A stretch of 64,000 nt of DNA from Squalus acanthias. Its lineage: Eukaryota. Made by a program: the position numbers and the translations under genes. Under the pieces are notes generated by a model. It searched no databases. It saw nothing but the letters and a program-made list of their open reading frames with translations, and had not been told where the DNA came from. Where the stretch lies: the NCBI GenBank assembly GCA_030390025.1, contig CM059438.1:69566001-69630000 (forward strand), in the 5' to 3' direction. Positions 12,560-25,129 of this stretch are shown one piece after another (position 1 is the first letter of the stretch; every line of letters starts with the position of its first letter).

Positions 12560-12900
12560 CAGTGAGAAGCTGAGTCCTACTCTAGGTTTGAACCCCAGGC
12601 TGATCTCAGCTGGGCAGCAGCCAGAGCACATTAATTGAGCTTAGTGCCTCAGGCTAGGGAGGTGAAAATCATCTCGGCTTCCCCCTGCCCCCCACCGATA
12701 TTATTATCTAGTGACCCCTGCTGTAAGTGTCGGGTGAGGACAAGATTGCACTTAACTGCTACTCTCTTTCTGCAGTTGGGTAGTCTGTCTACACTCACTG
12801 TCAAGTAATAACCGCTTGGGCAAGGCACCATGAGGTGATCACCTGTGGAATGTACCTGAGCAAGAAGTCATCATCTCTCGCGGAGGATGAGGATGGAAAG
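12560..12900 (+). mobile_element. SINE-X copy
   Basis: Box-B-like GGTTTGAACCC; core AGTGACCCCTGCTG...GGGTGAGGACAAGATTG...CTTGGGCAAGG. Confidence 0.6.
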
Positions 12901-13154
12901 ACATTAGTGAGCAAAAGTGTCTTGACAGTCTGGGATTGTATACTGTATGTATGAGTTTGACTCCAATATCTCATGTGTTTTGGTCATGGTTTCCTTTAAA
13001 TGCTGCATTCTGACCCTTCAGAGTAGAGAACTTGGGAGCATACAAGAGTCTAGTCCTGATAATTCAAATTATCTTTCAATAATTTGAATTAAGCAATGTA
13101 ATAACACAGAAATTGGTAATTTAATGCGAAAGAAATATCAGATGATTTGACTTA

Positions 13155-13405
13155 TCATAGAATCATACAGCACAGAAGGAGGCCATTAGACCCATCGTGC
13201 CAATTCTGTCTCTTTGAAAGAGCTATCCATTTAGTTCCACTCCCCTGCTCCTTCCCCACAGCCCTGCAAATATTTACTTTTCAAGTATATATCTAGTACC
13301 CTGTTGAAAGTTACCATTGAATCTGCTTCCACCACCCTTTCAGGTAGTACATTCAAGATCATAACTCACTGCAGAAAGAAAATTCTCCTCATCTCCCTTC
13401 TGGCT
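13155..13405 (-). mobile_element. CR1 3' fragment
   Basis: ATCATAGAATCATACAGCACAGAAGGAGGCCATT tail and AAATTCTCCTCATCTC. Confidence 0.8.
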
Positions 13406-13635
13406 ATTTTGGTGGCTTTGAAGAAGAGTAGAGTGTAAATACAAAAGGTCACTTGATCTCCTGAACCCATTCCTCAGCCCTTTTACAATGGAATGCAATG
13501 TGTGATTCACATGGATTTTATGACTTGGCAATGCTTGAGATGTGACTTTTGTACTGTTGTTGTGGCATATACTCTAGTAACCACGGTACTATATTTATCC
13601 AGACCCTCCTCCTAATGTTATAACTCTCTCCTTCG

Positions 13636-13988
13636 CTCCAGTACAGTGCTGAGGGAGTGCTGCATTGTCGGAGGTGCCGTCTTTCGGATGAGACATTAAA
13701 CTCTCTCAGGTGGGCGTAAAAGATCCCATGGTACTATTTCAAATATGAGCAGGGGAGTTATCCCTGGTGTCCTGGCCAATATTTATCCCTCAATCAACGT
13801 AAGAAAAACAGATTATCTGGTCATTGTCACATTGCTGTTTGTGGGCGCTTGCTGTGTGCAAATTGGCAGCCGCGTTTCCTATATTACAACAGTGACTACA
13901 CTCCAAAAGTACTTCATTGGCTGTAAAGCGCTTTGAGACGTCCGGTTGTCATGAAAGACGCTATATAAACGCAAGTCTTTCTTTCTTT
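13636..13988 (+). mobile_element. Deu-domain SINE (SacSINE1/AmnSINE1-like), 5' truncated
   Basis: Core CTCTCAGGTGG(G/A)CGTAAAAGATCCCATGG...GTGTCCTGGCCAATATTTATCCCTCAA; L2-like tail GCGCTATATAAA(C/T)GCAAG(TCTT)n. Confidence 0.85.
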
Positions 13989-14080
13989 CGCTGGTCTTCT
14001 GGTTATGTAGCTTCAGGTCATCTGCAAATATTATTACAGTACTCATCTCCCATATTGTTTATATTCCATATAAAGACTTA

Positions 14081-14964
14081 GGGAGAAAAATTCGGTTGCT
14101 TTGCGCCTCCTGTTAGCGCCCTAAGAGGGCGCTAATGGGATGCAAAGCAACTAGCGCCCGGGCGTGGCAATGATTGCACCACTCGCGAAATTGACCAGAC
14201 ATTTTGCGGCGGCGCTAAACACTACCACCACGATCTCCTGCGCCCGCAGATCGTGACGTCAGTCGAGTGTGCAGTGCCCCGGACCGGATATTGAGTGGCG
14301 CACCCTGCCTTTCCGCCTGCCGCTAGCAACGACAGGTTGAGGGGAACGTTTTGCAGTCGGGAAGGGACTGGGGGAGCGCTATTTAAAGGCGGCCGCTTCC
14401 TGCCTTTTTTTGTCGGCGACAGTTTTGCACCACGCATTCTGAGAGAGAGAGAGAGAGACTTCTGGAGAAATTCAACGCTGTGTGAAGGAGTTTTGGGCAC
14501 TGAGCAGCACTTTGCAGGTTCATTTTGATTTGACGTTCCTTGCATCGATTTAGAAGAGATATGGGGGCTGCACTCTGAGCTCTTTCCCTGGGCCTCTCCA
14601 TTGTTCTTTCCAGCAGATTTGATGTACAGGTCTCTCCAGGCCGAGATTCAAGGCTGCAATGAGCAGGGTGTGGATGGAGAGCAAGATCGACCCCCCCCCC
14701 CCTTTAGGAATTGGCTGGCGCCAGTGTGTCTGTGTTCCATTGCTGACTGACATCACGAGCTTCGCCAGCACTCTGAGGTAGCGCCTCGCTCCTCAGTGTT
14801 GGCACCTTAAGAGAGGTGTGAAGTGCCTGATTTAGCACTTCAATCACCTTATGGGGCGATAGAAGCCAAGTTTGCAGTCGGAGGCGATAATTAGCGCCAG
14901 GCGCTAAACTTTGCGCCCGACTGATAATTGCGCCCCAAACGGAGCGATACCGAATTTCTCCCCC
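14081..14964. mobile_element. PIF/Harbinger-like MITE (family A)
   Basis: 16-bp TIR GGGAGAAAAATTCGGT / ACCGAATTTCTCCCCC; TSD TTA (14078-14080, 14965-14967). Confidence 0.88.
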
Positions 14965-15934
14965 TTAATGTAACACGTGTACTCTTTGAGTACTGCAGCA
15001 ACATCTCTGTCCAAATTTGTATAATCCAATTGCAATTTGCAGTTCAAAAATTAAATCATATTGAACAACAATGGTGGAATACACCTCTCCAGTCTAGCAT
15101 GTCTGTCCCCTCCCAATAGGTAGTTAGTGGCTGCTGAGGATCTTGTTTAAAGTAGTGTTTTTTGATATTACAATAGGAGTAGAGCACTTGACTTGATTCC
15201 GCCCTCTTTCATCTGTGACCTTTTGGAGACTGTTCTAATTTCCTGTTATAACATTATAATTTTCCCAGCTATTATGCGAGTAAAGCTGATGTGTGTTTTG
15301 AAAGCTGAAGTGAACTCTCAATGCACTGAGCGGTAATTTAAATTCTATTATTTATTCACAATGAAGTTATCTTGTAGTCAAAGTCTACTCATTTACTAAA
15401 TTGACTTTATAATTTGAAAAGCTACCTTTTCACATCCCGAGGTGATCTTAACATTTCGAACTTCCAAGGAGAATTATGAGGTTGAAATAATTTACTTTGA
15501 TGTGGTTTTGAAAGCAGTTGTTCCACAAAGTATTTATTAATCTGGGAGGGAGGGACCATATCGTCATTTTAATTGAAATTCATTCATTCTTTCTTTTATG
15601 GATTTGTGGTTATTAAGATATACAATGGAGGCATGCTATACATTTTTGATGAGCCGTTCCTTAAAAATACTGTGTTATTTCCATATCCAATTAATATTTT
15701 ATGTTCTTTACACTCTATCTTGTGGAATGTGGAACTGAAATGTAGATAAGGTTATTGCAGTGGCTGTGTTTTTTTTTAAAGGGAGCAGTCTTTATCATCA
15801 AGGCTGAAGAGCTTTTCCATTCCTGTGGCGTTTTGTGCTGCAGCTCACTGCACTGTACATTTGCCAAACAGTTTTTTTTTAAAGTTGTAGTCCCCAATGG
15901 AACAACTGGTAAATGGAAAACGCAGAGTAGAACT

Positions 15935-16188
15935 GAGGGATATGGTGCCAGTTCAATCATTGGCCCTGTGGTGAGTTAACTGATCGGGGCGTGACATTTG
16001 GCATCAGTGCCTCTCAGTGGAGAAAGTAAAAGGTGACCCTTGCTGGAAAGTGTGGATGTTGGCGAGAACAAGCTTGGCCCCTGGTTGACTAGCCTGCTGA
16101 TATTCACAGTCGAAAACCACACATCAAAAATGGCTACTAGCCACGATAATGTAAGGTTACAAGAACCCTTGCCCCAGCAAGAGTCAGT
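15935..16188 (+). mobile_element. SINE-X copy, followed by a palindromic MITE remnant (about 16189-16350)
   Basis: GGTGACCCTTGCTGGAAAGTGTGGATGTTGG core; the MITE starts GGGGTAATTTT with central AAATCAATGG. Confidence 0.55.
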
Positions 16189-16847
16189 GGGGGGTAATTT
16201 TCAACCTGGACAGTAACCTGCTGGAGCGGATCACCCGCCCTGTGTAGAAGCTGCCCGATTTTCACCGTATTTAAATCAATGGAATGAAAATTGTTTGGGT
16301 TCTATAACAATTTATAGACAATTTGCTCCGCTAGGTGCAGTCGAGAATTGGTTCAGTGTCGTACAAAAAAAGTAAGTTGCCAAGTACAGTTATTGTAAGT
16401 TGTGTTCTTTTTAACTGGAAGCATGAGGTACAGACTTCTATTTGTTTGATTTTGTAAATAGACTTCATGTTGAGCCAGTGACAAAAAGCAATCCTGTTGA
16501 CGTCCTCATAAATAGCTTTTGATTAATATATCAGTTGTCTGAGATTTTCAACCAGACAGACCTTGTATGTTGCACATTGACATGTTCGCTGTCAATTGAG
16601 GATTTTTTCAAGAATCAGCCAGCTTCTGCTTATTTAATGAAATCAAGCCATTTTAAAACTCGTATCAGAGCAGTGGGTGCTTGTGTATGAATGTGATAAC
16701 AAATTACATTTAGAATGGAATACACTGTTTGCTAAAGGATTAACTGAATGCAGGGATTGTGGATCTTTACTTTTTAATACATAACATTTTTTTTGCTGTT
16801 TTTCTTCCACAAAAAGCAGTGCCAGAAACTGATAAAGTAAAGATTAA

Positions 16848-16953
16848 GGGGTAGATTTTGAATTCAATGGAAATGCAAATCAGGAGAGATGTAAACCGGG
16901 CTGCCGATTCGCTATCACCCATTTTACACTAGCACAAAATCATGATCTAACCC
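16848..16953. mobile_element. Internally deleted palindromic MITE (GGGGTAGAT family)
   Basis: GGGGTAGATTTTGA...CATGATCTAACCC, TSD TAA/TAA; right half matches 52785-52864. Confidence 0.75.
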
Positions 16954-17334
16954 TAAGTGTGATTCTGGGCACTTTGACAATATATTTTTCTGTGGAAAAT
17001 CTTTGAAACAATTATGCTTAAAAAAAAAGCAGTAAACTGCACTTTGCAGATCAACATGTTGCTGGAAAGCTGTGGAATAATGCTGGAAAATTACCATAAA
17101 ATCCAATGTGTAAATCACGTTGATGTGCTTGGATATAAAAACATTCATGAATATCTAACTCGGAGCAGATATTATAGTCAAATACATAGGCTATCCCTCT
17201 CCCCCCATCTCTGTCTGACCAACAGGACATGGCCTTGTGGCCTCTGTAAAAGTTAGGGCATCTTACTCAGTGTTGGTAAATCTCATTTCAGCACTTGTAG
17301 TATTTGGAAATGCAGCATTCTGAACACACTCTGT

Positions 17335-17590
17335 TCTAGCTCAGTTAGTAAATGCACTGCCACACAATCCAGGAAGGTTCCATTTTTAAATTCTAAGATC
17401 TGTGCTGAGTTAGTAGATCTCAGCTGAGATGTTGGAGGGATAAAGATAGGAAAAATCTGCCAGGGTGCCCGTTCCCCATTGCTATGGAATAATCCTTGCT
17501 GGGATGTGTAGATGTTGGATGAGGGCAAGAGGCTCTAAAACCCTCCACATTACGTGTAGCCAAGTGGCATTTGGCAGCTCAACAAGTAGT
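17335..17590 (+). mobile_element. SINE-X copy with tRNA-like box A
   Basis: TAGCTCAGTTAGTAAATGCAC head, then TGTGCTGAGTTAG(T/C)AGATCTCAGC and core. Confidence 0.55.
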
Positions 17591-17767
17591 ACCATAAAAG
17601 CCAGAGTACACTTCACCCATGACTTTACCTAACACAGGACAGACGAATGATAAAAGTTTGCTCACAGCTATGCATAAATCACATTTCTAGGTTTGACACT
17701 GGAATCTGTAGAATTTGCTTCCACATATCACAGCATTATTCCTGCCAGTTATGAAGATGTACTCACA

Positions 17768-17799
<32 letters not shown>
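17768..17799. repeat. (CA)n microsatellite
   Basis: Uninterrupted AC run of about 15 units. Confidence 0.95.
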
Positions 17800-17801
<2 letters not shown>

Positions 17802-17984
17802 GCATGTGCAGGTTTTTTTTGCCTTTTTTAATTATTAAAATCTTAATTTTTTTTCTTAATGTTCTCCATCCAATGGTGACCGTAATGAGGAAAAATGTCT
17901 TATGGGACAGGGAGCATTGTTTTCAGGTGCCTTAGTTCTTGAAGTGAAGTTGTGTGTCTGTTCAAAATGTCGGTCGGCCCCTCA

Positions 17985-18063
17985 TCAAGCCGAAATGTTA
18001 ACTCCGTTTCTCTCTCACGACGCTGCCTGATCTGCTGAGTGTTTCCAGCATTTTCTGTTGTTA
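17985..18063 (+). mobile_element. Penelope pLTR fragment
   Basis: GAAATGTTAACTCCGTTTCTCTC...CTGCTGAGTGTTTCCAGCATTTTCTG matches 26456-26525. Confidence 0.75.
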
Positions 18064-18709
18064 CCCCAAAAACAGAGTTGGTTCGGAATTTAGGCCAAGA
18101 ACGGAGATGTGTGTCTGGGCCTACTTAACAATGTCGGCACATTTAGTCAGTTCTGGTTGTTTCCTATCCCCAAAAGACACAGACTCAGCAAAATTAGTAA
18201 GCAAATGCAACATCCTTTTCCAGTACTGCACATGGTGATAGACTATCTGAGCCTAACAGACTCCAACTATGCCATTATGCACCCCTTGTGCTCCAGTCAG
18301 TCTGGTCCCACTGGGATCAATCAGGCTTGTTTATTTTTCCCTTAAATTTATTCTGGTCACAGTTCACTTTATGTACCAAGTATCAATCTGATGAAAGAAT
18401 AAAAGAGAACCAGGAAATTAAAGAAATATCCAAATATAAGAAAAGCCTCATTGGGTTTATCATTGTTTTACATTCTCAAAACCTGCACAGTGAACAGGAG
18501 TGCAGCTCGTCTTAGTAGAGCTACAGTTAGCTATGCACAATTGTAATCATTTCACAGTTGAAAAGACAGCTCCTTTTTTTTAATGTACTGTTTCCAGATG
18601 AGAGAGAGAGTGGGGTGTGTGTGTGTGTATTTTTTTCTAATCAAATTTTCTCTGTGCACTATTTTGCAGTGAAATCGTAAATGTGTTTTGCTATTTGGAA
18701 GAAAATATT

Positions 18710-19446
18710 GGCCTGGAGTTTCCGTTAGGTTGCGCTGTTTTTTCAGCGCCATTTGCTCTAAATCAGCCAAACCAGCGCAGAAGATCACGATTTTCAAGCG
18801 CAAATTACGTCCAGCGCAAATAGAGTTTCCGCAATCTTTTGCGCTCATTTTAATAAACATCGCGCTTGAAGCCGGCCCCGCCCACAAAACAGGCCACGCC
18901 CCAGATCGAATTAATCACCATGGCGAGTTTCCGCTAATTGTGCCCATTTGCAGGCCTTCGAGGAAGCGCTAAAAACATTAAGCTTTTTTTTAGACGCAAG
19001 GGCACTACTAGGCACCTTATTAAAAGCTTTGAAATATATCTTTTAATTTACTAAAACTGACTACACCAATGTAACTAGTAAATGTTTCTATAGTTTTTTA
19101 AAGTCATTTTCAGTTATTTACAATCGGGTTACTCTCAGGTGGTAGACTAGATACTCTGATTAAAAATGCTTATTCTTTGTGATAAATCCATTTTCAGCTG
19201 TATTAATCAAACTGCACCAGGTTATTGCTCTTAAATATATCAAGGAATATTTTTTAATTAAAATGTTTAAAAATATTACGTTCTCAAACGCTGCACAATT
19301 GCGCTGGTTCGTGCAAGAGTTTACGTTCAGAGATATGCAAATGAGTTTGAATGGAAACTCTGGGGGGGGGGGGGAGAGGGGGAAACACTTCTGAAAATTA
19401 GCGCAATTAGCACCCAGATCGCCAATAGTGCCCAAAGCGGAAACTC
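18710..19446. mobile_element. Harbinger-like MITE, right TIR truncated
   Basis: Left GGCCTGGAGTTTCCG after ATT; right CGGAAACTC; GC-rich ends with AT-rich centre. Confidence 0.65.
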
Positions 19447-19529
19447 TTATGTCCGCATGTTTATTTACGTCCCCAAAATATGTACAACAGATTTGCTCAT
19501 CTTAATAGAGCTACAGTTAGCTGTGTCCA

Positions 19530-20572
19530 TCAGAAAACAGAGAGTAGTAATTCAGTGAAGTTTCTCAGACCCAGAGAAAGTAAACAGTAGTGGACCCGCA
19601 GGGATCTGTGCTGGGACCGCGACTGTTCACTCGATAGATAAATGATTTGGACTCAGAATTGGAGCATGGTGTTGAAATTTACAGATGATACCAAATTGGG
19701 GGTGGTGTAGTGAATAATGTGGAAGACTGCACTAATATATAGGACAATATAAACAGGCTTGCAGAGTGGGTGGCTAAATGGCAAATGAAATTCAATATAG
19801 CGAAGTGTGAGGTGCTTCATTGTGGCAGGCAGAGTAATCAGGCCACTTATTTAAATGGGGTAGAGGAGCAAAAGATATCTGGGAATACAGATACATAAAT
19901 CACAAAGTAGCAATGCCAGTTAATAAGGCCATAAAGAGTGCAAACACAGTACTAGGGTTTATTTTTAGAAAAATAGAATGCAAAAGCAGGGAGGTAATGT
20001 TAAATTTATATAGAATCTTGGTTAGACCACACTTGTGCAAATCTGGTCTCCATACTACAAAATGGATATTAAAGCACTGGAGACGGTGCATAAAAGATTC
20101 ACAAGGATGTAACCTGAATTGAGAGGATGCAAATCTCAGGAAAGATTTAGCAGGCTTGGGCTGTTTTCTCTGGAAATTAGAAGACTAAGAGGCCCGATAG
20201 AGGTCTTTAACATGATGAAAGGGTTCGGTAGGATGGATGTGGAGAAACTGTTTCCACTTGTGGGTGAGTCCAGAACAAGGGAACATAAATGTAAGGTAGC
20301 CAATAACAGATCAAATTAAAAAAAAATTCAGAAAAATTTCTTTTCACAGAGTGTGACGAGAATGTGGAACTCATTGCCACATGGGGTGGTTGAACCAGAG
20401 CGCATTGATGCATTTCAGGGGAGGCTTGTCGTATGCATGAGAGAGAAAGGAATAGAGGCATATGAGGCAGGGTAGGAAGAGGTAATTAGAGTAGGAGAAG
20501 GCGTGTGTGGAGTATAAACTCTGGCATAGACCAGTTGGACCAAATGCCTGTAGATTCTATGTAATTCTATGT
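19530..20572 (+). mobile_element. Old CR1 LINE 3' portion (RT C-terminus and tail)
   Basis: GPQGSVLGP-like and F(A/T)DDTK motifs; ORF 19913-20122 LYRILVRPHL; tail ATTCTATGTAATTCTATG. Confidence 0.88.
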
Positions 20573-22708
20573 TTACAATTTCCCTACCAGTAACAAATGA
20601 GAGAATCATCCCCAAAACTGTCCACTGAACAATAATTACTCCTTAAAGAAAATGATGAGAAGACTGGATGGTCCCTGGAGTCTGATGGTTTAATCACAGG
20701 CTCTGGGTTTATTTATGTGGAAACTTGTTCTGTGAAATTCATTGCAGCGCTAACACACAGTGCACACTTGAACAGCAGATTAATGGTAACTATTCCCACT
20801 TTAGCCTATGCTAATACATTAATTGTTAGTTAAATGCACTGGTTTAACACCTCATTATTTACGCTCTGCTGCAGTTTTTTCGAAATCACGGTAAGGTCAG
20901 ATACCTTACTTGGAGTGCAAAGAGGAGACAAATCAGTAAAATAATCTGAAAATCAGAATAATCAAATGATTGTGGGTTTCACAGGTAAATTTATGCTGAT
21001 AAATGAATATGGCTACTACAGGCTGCTCACTTCCTGCCCTACTGTTTCTGTCATCTTGGTGCTGTTGAAGCAGTTTTTATGAGCTCTACTTAGTTATGGA
21101 CCTCATGCCATGGATCACATAGTGCATTTTCTGTACTATGGTACTGTTTACAACAACCCAAGCATCAGTGGATTATAAAAATCAAGGCCTTGGAGAGAGT
21201 GCAGAGTCGATTTATTAGAATGATACCTGGGATGAGGGACTTCAGTTATGTGGGAAAAAAAGAAAGACTTACATTTATGTAGCGCCTTTCACGACCACCA
21301 GACGTCTCAAAATACTTTACAGTCAATGAGGTACTTTTGAAAGACTAAAGAATCTGGGAGTGTGATTTTGCACATAGTTCCACGTGTGGACCATGAAAAG
21401 CTTTGTCTATTCTGTCACCCTTTTTGAATATAAGCACTACGTTAGCCTGTTTCTAATATTGTGGCACCTCCCCACTGCCCATTGACTTCCTCATGATTGT
21501 CAGTGCTTCACAAATCTCCTCGCCAGTCTCAATATTTTCAACATTTACAGTTGGGAATGCTTAGCATTTGTCCACAATCAAAATATAATAATTTCCCATC
21601 CTTTAAAACCTATGAAAAGATGGGCAGTTGGTGAGGGAGGAGGGGTGACAAGGTAGTAGATTTGCAAATATGACTGATTGACTTGAAGACAGTGAAATCT
21701 GTTGGCTGGGTGTAATTATCCAAGTCTGATTGAACACTGCATCTCCTTAACTGTTTCCCTGAGAAGGCCAGACATAACAGCAGCCATCACTGACAAAGGA
21801 TAAGACAGGGACAGCATGTTAATCTCAATTAACGTTCCATCAGTTAGTAAATAGATCAGACCCAATATCTGACTTCCCATTGCCAACATAAATTCTGTGC
21901 TCTAGGTTACAATATAACAAACGTTGCCAAATGCTGACCTGAACAAAAGTGACTGAAAGTAAACCTATTCATGTGCACCACCCATTGCACCCAGCCATCT
22001 CTGCCTTGTATCCCTTTCGACAGCTGTGTCAGGCTCTCTTGGAGATTAGAAATTAGTTTTCCAATGTTTGTAGAGGGATCGGCAAGGTCAGAGGGATCAA
22101 GAGGAGAACTCCGCGTGAGGCTTGTGGTAGTCTGTCAAGTATCGACCTGCATAGTCATCAAACAACCCATCGTCCATGTACGTATGCTCCCTTTACTGTT
22201 GGCACCGACATCCTTGAATATGAGGGAGATACATCTTTTATAAAATGTAAATGCATCATGTTCTGCTGAGCCATACAAACTGGGAGTGACACAAGTGTAG
22301 CCCCTGGCCTTTCCTGGGTTAGCTGATTCCAGCTGCTTGCTGGTAGGGGTTCTTCACTTGGCCACAGTGTCCCCTTATGCTGCATGGAAGACAGATAAGC
22401 CAGGATTCCCACTCATGAATTTCATCTCTTGGGAAATTTGTATGTGACTATTAGTTGAGGATAGGAGTGGCTTCAGCTTGCCAACACATGAAGAATGGCC
22501 ACTTTGTGGAAATATGAGAGGGCAGTCTGTGCTTGTCGACCCCTGTGTGAATCGGTGCCTTGAGGTGAGCGGAGGGAAAAATGTCAATTGACAAATCGTC
22601 AGTTGGCAAATAGTATAGATGCATTTATGGGGAAGTTAGATAAATACATGAGGGAGAAAGGAATAGAAGGGTACGTTGATGGGATTAGATGAAGAAGGTT
22701 GGGAGGAG

Positions 22709-23500
22709 AAATAACAACAGAAAACGCTGGAAAAACTCAGCAGGCCAGGCAGCATCCGTGGAGAGAGTAACAGAGTTAACGTTTCAGGTCGAAGACCTTT
22801 CGTCAGAACTGGAAAAAAGCAGGAGACCAAACGCAGATTGAGTGACCGCTTTGCGGAACACCTCCGTTCAGTCCGTAAGGGGGACCCCGAGCTCCCGGTG
22901 GCCTGTCACTTTAATTCTCCGCTCCACTCCCACTCTGACCTCACCGTCCTCGGCCTATTACACTATTCCATGAAGCTCAGCGTAAGCTCGAGGAACAGCA
23001 CCTCATCTTTCGTTTAGGCACCCTACAGCCCTCTGGACTCAACATCGAGTTCAACAATTTCAGATCATAACCTCGGCCCCTATCTCATTTATATTTTATT
23101 TTTTCATCCACCCTTTTGTTTGGCGCCCCCCTTTTTGTTTCCCTCCCAGAAGCTGGCAGCTGTCCTTCATTCTGCCAGTGCATTTCACACTTCATTTAGC
23201 CTCAACCTGTCACATTAACACCTCCTCTTGCCTTGATTATCTCTTAATGTCTCTCAATGTGTCTTAATCTCTCCTTTTGTTCTTTCATCCCCTCCCCCTT
23301 TTCCCAGCTTTATACTTGCTCTATACTTGCTTTAAATCTATTTCATTTCCTGCTTTTTTCCAGTTATGACGAAAGGTCTTCGACCTGAAACGTTAACTCT
23401 GTTTCTCTCTCCACGGATGCTGCCTGGCCTGCTGAGTTTTTCCAGCATTTTCTGTTGCTATTTCGGATTTCCAGCATCCGCAGTATTTTGCTGTCGTATT
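22709..23500 (+). mobile_element. 5'-truncated Penelope-like element with an inverted pLTR at its 5' end, inserted in a CR1 3'UTR
   Basis: Inverted pLTR 22709-22824, GIY-YIG C-terminal coding remnant, direct pLTR to 23500; 14-bp TSD AAGGTTGGGAGGAG (22695-22708, 23501-23514). Confidence 0.92.
22774..22810 (-). ncRNA. Minimal type I hammerhead ribozyme motif (intact core)
   Basis: Minus strand AGTT-CTGACGA-A-AGGTC-TTC-GACCT-GAAAC-GTT-AACT: stem I, CUGANGA, stem II, GAAA, palindromic ACGT stem III, NUH. Confidence 0.8.
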
Positions 23501-24381
23501 AAGGTTGGGAGGAGGTTCGTGTGGAGCATAAACACTGGCATAGACCTGTTGGGCTGAATGGCCTGTTTCTGTGCTGAAAATACTAACATCATGTTGCATG
23601 ACAGCAGCACAGAAGGAGATGTCTGTTCACTCTGCACACCTGCACAGTCAGCCTAACCAACAACCAGATCATAGGTTTCCAGTATTTGTGCTGTTTGTTT
23701 CTTGTTTTGACAGCAGTGGGTTTTGCTGTTGTCAAAGCTAATAATCGCAAATAAGAGCTCTGTTCCTTTGTTCTTGACTCCTTTTTTTTAAAGTGTTAGA
23801 CTTGCACTTGGTTATGGTTCTGCAAGCACTGACAGTGCCCCGTGCCTCACCCAAATGCTCATTCTTCACATGAGATTTTTTTTTTAAAGTGAGTGTTGAC
23901 AGACTGTTCACCCATAAAGGCCATGACAGTCAGAGCAGCATCCAGCGCTCGCCTGATATTCACACACAGGCATCTTTCTGAAAAGGTTACGAGTTGGCAA
24001 CCAAATGTGGGCACTCTGGCTGACTATTTTCTACTCTTACATTCTCCCCAGCCCAATGAGATCTTGTAATTTAATTTAATGTAATTTAAGGAAGACCAGA
24101 CTTGAATCTGGGACATTTCTGCTATTTAAACATACAAGCCATGCTACAAAATTAGCAAAACCACTTCAAAAAAACATTGACACAGCCAAGATGGCCCTGA
24201 GATGTGAAAACAAGTAGCGACACGGGCTTCGTAACTTCAACAGTAGGTGTATGCAATATTCCTTTAATTGTTTTTTTGGGGAAAATGTACTTATTCATTC
24301 ATTTAAATTGATGTCATCATGCCCTAATTAGATGGCTGAATTTTAAATACTCTGGGTTTACCCTTCCCTCGTCCATTTATT

Positions 24382-25063
24382 GGGGGGAATTTTAACTCCA
24401 AAAAACAGGTGGTTTGGGTTGGAGGTTAGAGTTAAAAAACTGACTCTCGACCCCAACCCGCCCATTCCGGTTTTAATGGGGGCTGGGCAGCCAACCCGCT
24501 CCCAGGAGGCGGATCTTCCATTTAAATATTATGATGAGGCTGGCATGCCTCATGGCGATCCACCATTTCAAATCTAACTGGCCTTGGGGAACCCACCAGC
24601 TAAAGGGAGGCGAGGACTGCTGGATCCAGGAGCTAAGTGCCTTTCCACTTACCTGCTGGATCCAGCGTCCCTGCCTCACCTACCCTCGCGATCGGACAAT
24701 CCCCCCTCCCCCGAAACCTTCTGATCTCCCTCCGACCTCAAATGCTGCACCCCCCCGAGGCCTCTGATCTCCCCTCTGGCCTTCGACCCTCGTCCTCCAC
24801 TCCCACCTCCGACCCCGATCCTCCTCAGGCCCCTGCGATCACTCCTAAATGCAGCCCAGTGCCACAGGCCTAACTGCACGCTAGCCAGCCAGCCTCTCCA
24901 TCTGGCTGGCTGCAGGTGGGGAAACAGCTTTGAAATGCTAATCGGGTCCTGCCGTTAAATTCGGCAGGGCCTGCAGAAAACCTGTTCTCCCGGGTTTCAC
25001 GACCGCTTTCTAGCCCCCCCCACCCCCTCGTTCCCGACCTGCCTCCAGATTAAAATTCTGGCC
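24382..25063. mobile_element. PIF/Harbinger-like MITE (family C)
   Basis: TIR GGGGGGAATTTTAA / TTAAAATTCTGGCC; TSD ATT (24379-24381, 25064-25066). Confidence 0.8.
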
Positions 25064-25129
25064 ATTGTGCTTGTTTTCACACCAAACTAATGTGGAGCAT
25101 TTGTAGTGGATTTGAGAATGTTAATTAAA

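Noticed and set aside
14081..14964. Host CpG-island promoter
   Set aside because: The CpG-rich zone is bounded exactly by TIRs and a TSD, so it is a young MITE.
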